This document shows positions 55,756-59,445 of a stretch of 59,445 bases of DNA, piece by piece (the first letter of the stretch is position 1; every line of letters begins with the position of its first letter). Location: positions 1 to 59,445 of the IMG/VR virus record IMGVR_UViG_3300017727_000011; one strand, written 5' to 3'. Both the position numbers and the translations under genes were made by a program. Below the pieces are notes generated by a model. The model was not told where the DNA came from, ran no database searches, and saw only the letters and a program-made list of their open reading frames with translations. The stretch comes from a virus. Lineage: Duplodnaviria; Caudoviricetes.

Positions 55756-56802
55756 TTAATCCTTTGATGCTATAATATTGTCTACATATTTCAATTCTAT
55801 ATTTGGAACACTTTGAGATACAGATATAGGTATTGAACCAGAGTATGTTGCTCCTCCTGAAATTGGGTGTGAGTGAGATCCACCGCCACCTGTATTGTTT
55901 ACGTTACGACTTCCTGGTTCAGTGACAAACGATTGTCCATAGTTTCTATTACCTCCTGTGGATCCCGCAAATCTAGAATGATAATATTGGTGAGTGTGAC
56001 CACCAAGAGTAGGTGTAGAAATAGTTGTTCCGCCAGAAGTTCCACTCACGGGAGATTGAGGCAACGGAGACATATCGACAGCAAGAGTTCCTGTAGCATC
56101 TTTAGCAGCAAAGGTTGTCGTAAAATCTTGTGCTCCGCCAGTGCCTCCACCAGAACCGTTGACAACTCTTAGAGTTGAATTATTTAAAGATGCAGTTGTG
56201 TCTTTTGTAAAACCTGTAGGAGCATCTGTTTGAACAAACAGGGCTTTTGTTCCAGCAGGGAATTCATCAACACCCGAAATTCCTGCACCATTACCTTTGT
56301 ATGTTGTAGCTGCAACAACACCATTTGAATTTAATTGAATATCATCTCCTATTCTTAATTGATTAATTACACGAACAGTGCCTAAAGAATTTGCAAACAA
56401 ATCCACCACTGTATCTCCAGTACAATATTGGACTGTATGAGAACCTTGAGATATTAAAGATCCATTAGAACCATGTCCCGTAGGTGCAACGGTTAAAGTA
56501 AAAGAACCTGAAGTATTATTAAAAAATATGTAATTGTTTTCTACAGCAGGAATAAAAACAGTAATATCTCCTGTCAATGCTCCTGTAAATTCAATAACTT
56601 TATTCGAAGCTTCTGCGTTAGGATCAGCATTGTTACTTGTAAGAGTTACATTTGCAGATCCAGCTACGCTTTTTGCTAGATACCCAGCATTGAAAGAATC
56701 AACTGTTTGTAAATTTGTATTAGTATTATTTCCCCAAGTGTTTGTGTTGGCTCCTGTAGCCATCAATTCAAGTTTGAGTCTATCTGAATAAGTGCTTGCC
56801 AT
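55756..56802 (-). CDS. Tail fibre protein, paralogue 2
   Basis: Same architecture; APTGF, HTH/HSH. Confidence 0.8.
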   Translation of the reverse strand: MASTYSDRLKLELMATGANTNTWGNNTNTNLQTVDSFNAGYLAKSVAGSANVTLTSNNADPNAEASNKVIEFTGALTGDITVFIPAVENNYIFFNNTSGSFTLTVAPTGHGSNGSLISQGSHTVQYCTGDTVVDLFANSLGTVRVINQLRIGDDIQLNSNGVVAATTYKGNGAGISGVDEFPAGTKALFVQTDAPTGFTKDTTASLNNSTLRVVNGSGGGTGGAQDFTTTFAAKDATGTLAVDMSPLPQSPVSGTSGGTTISTPTLGGHTHQYYHSRFAGSTGGNRNYGQSFVTEPGSRNVNNTGGGGSHSHPISGGATYSGSIPISVSQSVPNIELKYVDNIIASKD

Positions 56803-56803
56803 T

Positions 56804-57838
56804 TTAATCCTTACTGCAAACTATAGTGTTTGCATGTTTTATATCCATGTTGGGTACTGCATAACTAGTAGGAGTGTTCACACTTCCACTAATAGAAGCA
56901 GAGAAAGCAGCAGGGTGATTATGACTTCCACCGCCACCACCACTTCCGGTAGTACCTAGTGTAACACAACCGCCGCCACCAGGACCACCATAAGGAGATA
57001 TTGTGGCAGAGGTACTAACAGTATGATTATGTGATGCTATTGTTGGAGTTCCTAAGGTAGTGTTTCCAACAACAATAGTGTCAGTAACAACAGTGGTTGC
57101 TGCAGTATCTAATGTGATGTCACCTGCCGTAGTTGTCTTAGCGGAATCAAAACAAGAAGCAAATTCGGTAGATCCTCCTGTGCCTGCTGATCCTGTGACT
57201 ACTCTTAAAGTAGAATTAGCTAAAGAAGCATCAGTGTTTTGTGTCCAACCTGTCGGAGCACTTGATTCTAAAAAAACCATTTGTGTTCCTTGGTCAAGAG
57301 TCGATACTCCGTCTAAACCTGCACCATTGCCTGTAAAGCTTGTTGCTGTTAATTCACCATTAGCTTGAATTTTTACAGTGTTAGCAACGTTAACTAAATT
57401 TTTTACACTTACTTTTCCTAATGAATTTGCAAAAAGATCTACTACAGTATCTCCTGTGCAATACTGCATTGTGTGAGCACCTTGTACAATAGCTACACCG
57501 TTAGACGTATGCCCGGTTGGAGCTACAGTTAATGTAAAAGAGCCTGCTGTGTTGTTAAAAAAAATATAATTATTTTCCACTGCGGGAACAAAAACTTTGA
57601 TGTCTCCAGTTAATGTTCCTGTGAATTCAATAATTTTGTTTGATGCCTCCGCACTTGGATCAGCGTCGGCTGTTGTTAAAGTAACATCCGCACTACCTGC
57701 TACACTTTTTGATAAATATCCTGCTCCAAAGCTGTCAACTACATTTAAGTTATTATTTGTGTTAGTTCCCCAAACATTGGCATTTGCACCTGTTGCCATT
57801 AATTCTAATTTTAATCTATCTGAGTATGTGGATGCCAT
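56804..57838 (-). CDS. Tail fibre protein, paralogue 1
   Basis: Same architecture; APTGW, HNH/HNH. Confidence 0.8.
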   Translation of the reverse strand: MASTYSDRLKLELMATGANANVWGTNTNNNLNVVDSFGAGYLSKSVAGSADVTLTTADADPSAEASNKIIEFTGTLTGDIKVFVPAVENNYIFFNNTAGSFTLTVAPTGHTSNGVAIVQGAHTMQYCTGDTVVDLFANSLGKVSVKNLVNVANTVKIQANGELTATSFTGNGAGLDGVSTLDQGTQMVFLESSAPTGWTQNTDASLANSTLRVVTGSAGTGGSTEFASCFDSAKTTTAGDITLDTAATTVVTDTIVVGNTTLGTPTIASHNHTVSTSATISPYGGPGGGGCVTLGTTGSGGGGGSHNHPAAFSASISGSVNTPTSYAVPNMDIKHANTIVCSKD

Positions 57839-57883
57839 GATTAATTTATATACCTATATTTAAAAAAATTCAATTTCATAAAC

Positions 57884-58840
57884 CTATGCCGCCACTGAAG
57901 TCCATGTGTTACTCGCACCTGTTACAACATTTGCCCATGGCGTTGATCTTATATTACCAACACTAGCTAACATTTCAACCCCTGTTGGCAACACTGTTGC
58001 TCCTGCAGTTGGAGTAGCAGTTCCATCTGTAAATGCCATTGAAAGACCAGCCACAGTAATTGGAATAACAACATCTCCAATATTAGTAGATATTTGTTGC
58101 CCTGTTGGAAGAGCTGCTGCAGGAGCTACTAAAGTCCCTGTTTCAAATGTTGATACTAAAGATGTTGCATCTACCTGAGTAAAGATGTCAATTTCTACCG
58201 AACCAAGAGCGGTATCCATAAGATCTGGAGGAGCGGATGTAGTAACGCTTCCATCAGCTATAATTGTAGCTAGAGCTGCTGTTGATGTAATATTTAATCC
58301 TGTTACAGAAAGTATTTGATCTGTAACAAAACTAAAACTACCTAAATCTGTGGATAATAAATTAGTAGTTCCAATTGCTTCATTACCTGTACCTACAAAA
58401 ATACTTACACTGGACTGATCAAAGGATATTTCTTGACCTGTAACAGAAACATTTTGCGTTATGTTTTCATTCCAAGCGAATGATCCCCAGTCATTTCTAC
58501 CCCAACCTGCATCGACTGTTGTGATAATAGTTTCTGTTCCATCAGCAAAAACCATTTCAACCCCTGTGGGTTGTACTCCATGGCCTTCAGAAATACTGAT
58601 GGTGCCTAATGTTGTTGTGGATTGTTCGCCTGTTAGAGCGTAGATACCCTCTGCTTCACCGATTGCAGTGCCAGTTATTGTGGATGCTTCCACACCTGTG
58701 GGGTTAATAAGTGCAGTACCAGTTCTACCTACATCTTCTAATGTAAATGAACTTGCTACACCAGTGACAGAAACTGTTATGGAGCTTTGTTGGCCCCAAA
58801 AGCCTTCGCCCCAATTATTTTCACCCCAAGCGTCTGCCAT
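57884..58840 (-). CDS. Tail structural protein with WG repeats
   Basis: WG..WG..WG motifs; repeated (V/P)TG beta units. Confidence 0.65.
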   Translation of the reverse strand: MADAWGENNWGEGFWGQQSSITVSVTGVASSFTLEDVGRTGTALINPTGVEASTITGTAIGEAEGIYALTGEQSTTTLGTISISEGHGVQPTGVEMVFADGTETIITTVDAGWGRNDWGSFAWNENITQNVSVTGQEISFDQSSVSIFVGTGNEAIGTTNLLSTDLGSFSFVTDQILSVTGLNITSTAALATIIADGSVTTSAPPDLMDTALGSVEIDIFTQVDATSLVSTFETGTLVAPAAALPTGQQISTNIGDVVIPITVAGLSMAFTDGTATPTAGATVLPTGVEMLASVGNIRSTPWANVVTGASNTWTSVAA

Positions 58841-58861
58841 GGTAAGGACTCCCTATATGGA

Positions 58862-59305
58862 TTAGGAAATCCTTAGAATAGCACTTGATGCGTCGTTGGT
58901 TGGAAACTGAATTGTAAATGTTCCGTTTGTTGATGTTTTTACACCGCCAAAATCTAATACTGCAATTGCTGCATTTGTAGCTGTTGATGATCTATTATAA
59001 ATCAAAGCTGCTTGAGCTGAGATTGTTGCACTTGTAAATGATAGATCAGCAAAATCTACAAAAGCTGTAGATGCGGTATCACTAGTTTTGGTTAAGCCGA
59101 CAGTAGCACTCTGTAATGTTGCACCGCCTGCTGCGTATGTGCCTGATGCACCAACTTCGTTGGTTGCAGCATAGGCTGTTGTGTTTGCGTTCAATGTGGC
59201 AGAATCTGTAAAAAGAGCGAGATTAACTGTATCGTTAGTTATATCATGATCGCCGTTTAACAACTCCTGTTTAAATGTTGCACAAACTGCTTGGTTTATT
59301 GCCAT
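58862..59305 (-). CDS. Conserved tail protein
   Basis: FKQELL.G.HD, YAAGG..L, ALIYN, VLDFGG.K...GTFTIQFP. Confidence 0.7.
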   Translation of the reverse strand: MAINQAVCATFKQELLNGDHDITNDTVNLALFTDSATLNANTTAYAATNEVGASGTYAAGGATLQSATVGLTKTSDTASTAFVDFADLSFTSATISAQAALIYNRSSTATNAAIAVLDFGGVKTSTNGTFTIQFPTNDASSAILRIS

Positions 59306-59312
59306 TTTAATT
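59287..59312. repeat. Terminal overlap, copy 2 (identical to 1-26)
   Basis: Exact 26-bp match. Confidence 0.95.
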
Positions 59313-59318
59313 ACTCCC

Positions 59319-59445
59319 TTATGGTGATAACGATTTCATCGGAATGCGTAACACACCATTTTGATACTCATCCCTACGTTTGCGACCCATTTGCTCTTGT
59401 GCAAAATCTTGCAGAGCTACTTGGTACTTACCTTCGTATAATTGC
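59319..59445 (-). CDS. Partial: C-terminus of a second allele of the 34-726 gene
   Basis: QLYEGKYQVALQDFAQEQMGRKRRDEYQNGVLRIPMKSLSP; 29 of 41 residues identical by my manual alignment. Confidence 0.9.
   Translation of the reverse strand, partial: QLYEGKYQVALQDFAQEQMGRKRRDEYQNGVLRIPMKSLSP

Noticed and set aside
54679-57838. Diversity-generating retroelement or invertase shuffling of fibre tips
   Set aside because: I found no reverse transcriptase, recombinase or adenine-specific template/variable repeat pair.
1-59445. tRNA, tmRNA, rRNA, integrase, phage RNA polymerase, stop-codon reassignment
   Set aside because: No hallmark motifs seen by eye, and genes tile densely under the standard code. 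tRNAscan or ARAGORN would be needed to confirm.

Overview
The window appears to be one essentially complete, circular, AT-rich (~59.3 kb) tailed-phage genome. Position 1 re-occurs at 59287, and the two ends carry different alleles of the same gene end. Nearly all genes are on the minus strand. Modules: head and packaging (TerL, TerS, portal, scaffold, major capsid, GroES); podovirus-type tail (adaptors, nozzle, ejection proteins, three paralogous tail fibres); lysis (GH24 lysozyme, holin); replication (family A polymerase with Leu at position 762, SF1 and SNF2 helicases, primase, SSB); an AT-rich putative early region (19.7-26.5 kb); and six 2OG-Fe(II) oxygenases plus a glycosyltransferase and a methyltransferase among the tail genes. 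I saw no RNA polymerase, integrase, tRNA, CRISPR or reverse transcriptase. The gene set resembles marine alphaproteobacterial (pelagiphage-like) podoviruses; this is inference. The most unusual signals are non-coding. One is a ~400-nt, densely structured candidate ncRNA with its own promoter and terminator (24618-25019). The other is a pair of hairpins whose loops are antisense to the shared ribosome-binding sites of the phage's own early genes. Also notable: an HlyC-like acyltransferase beside a Met-Gly-start protein, unannotated Cys-rich and Lys-rich micro-ORFs, and two dispersed DNA motifs. All family assignments come from motif recognition by eye, not from searches.
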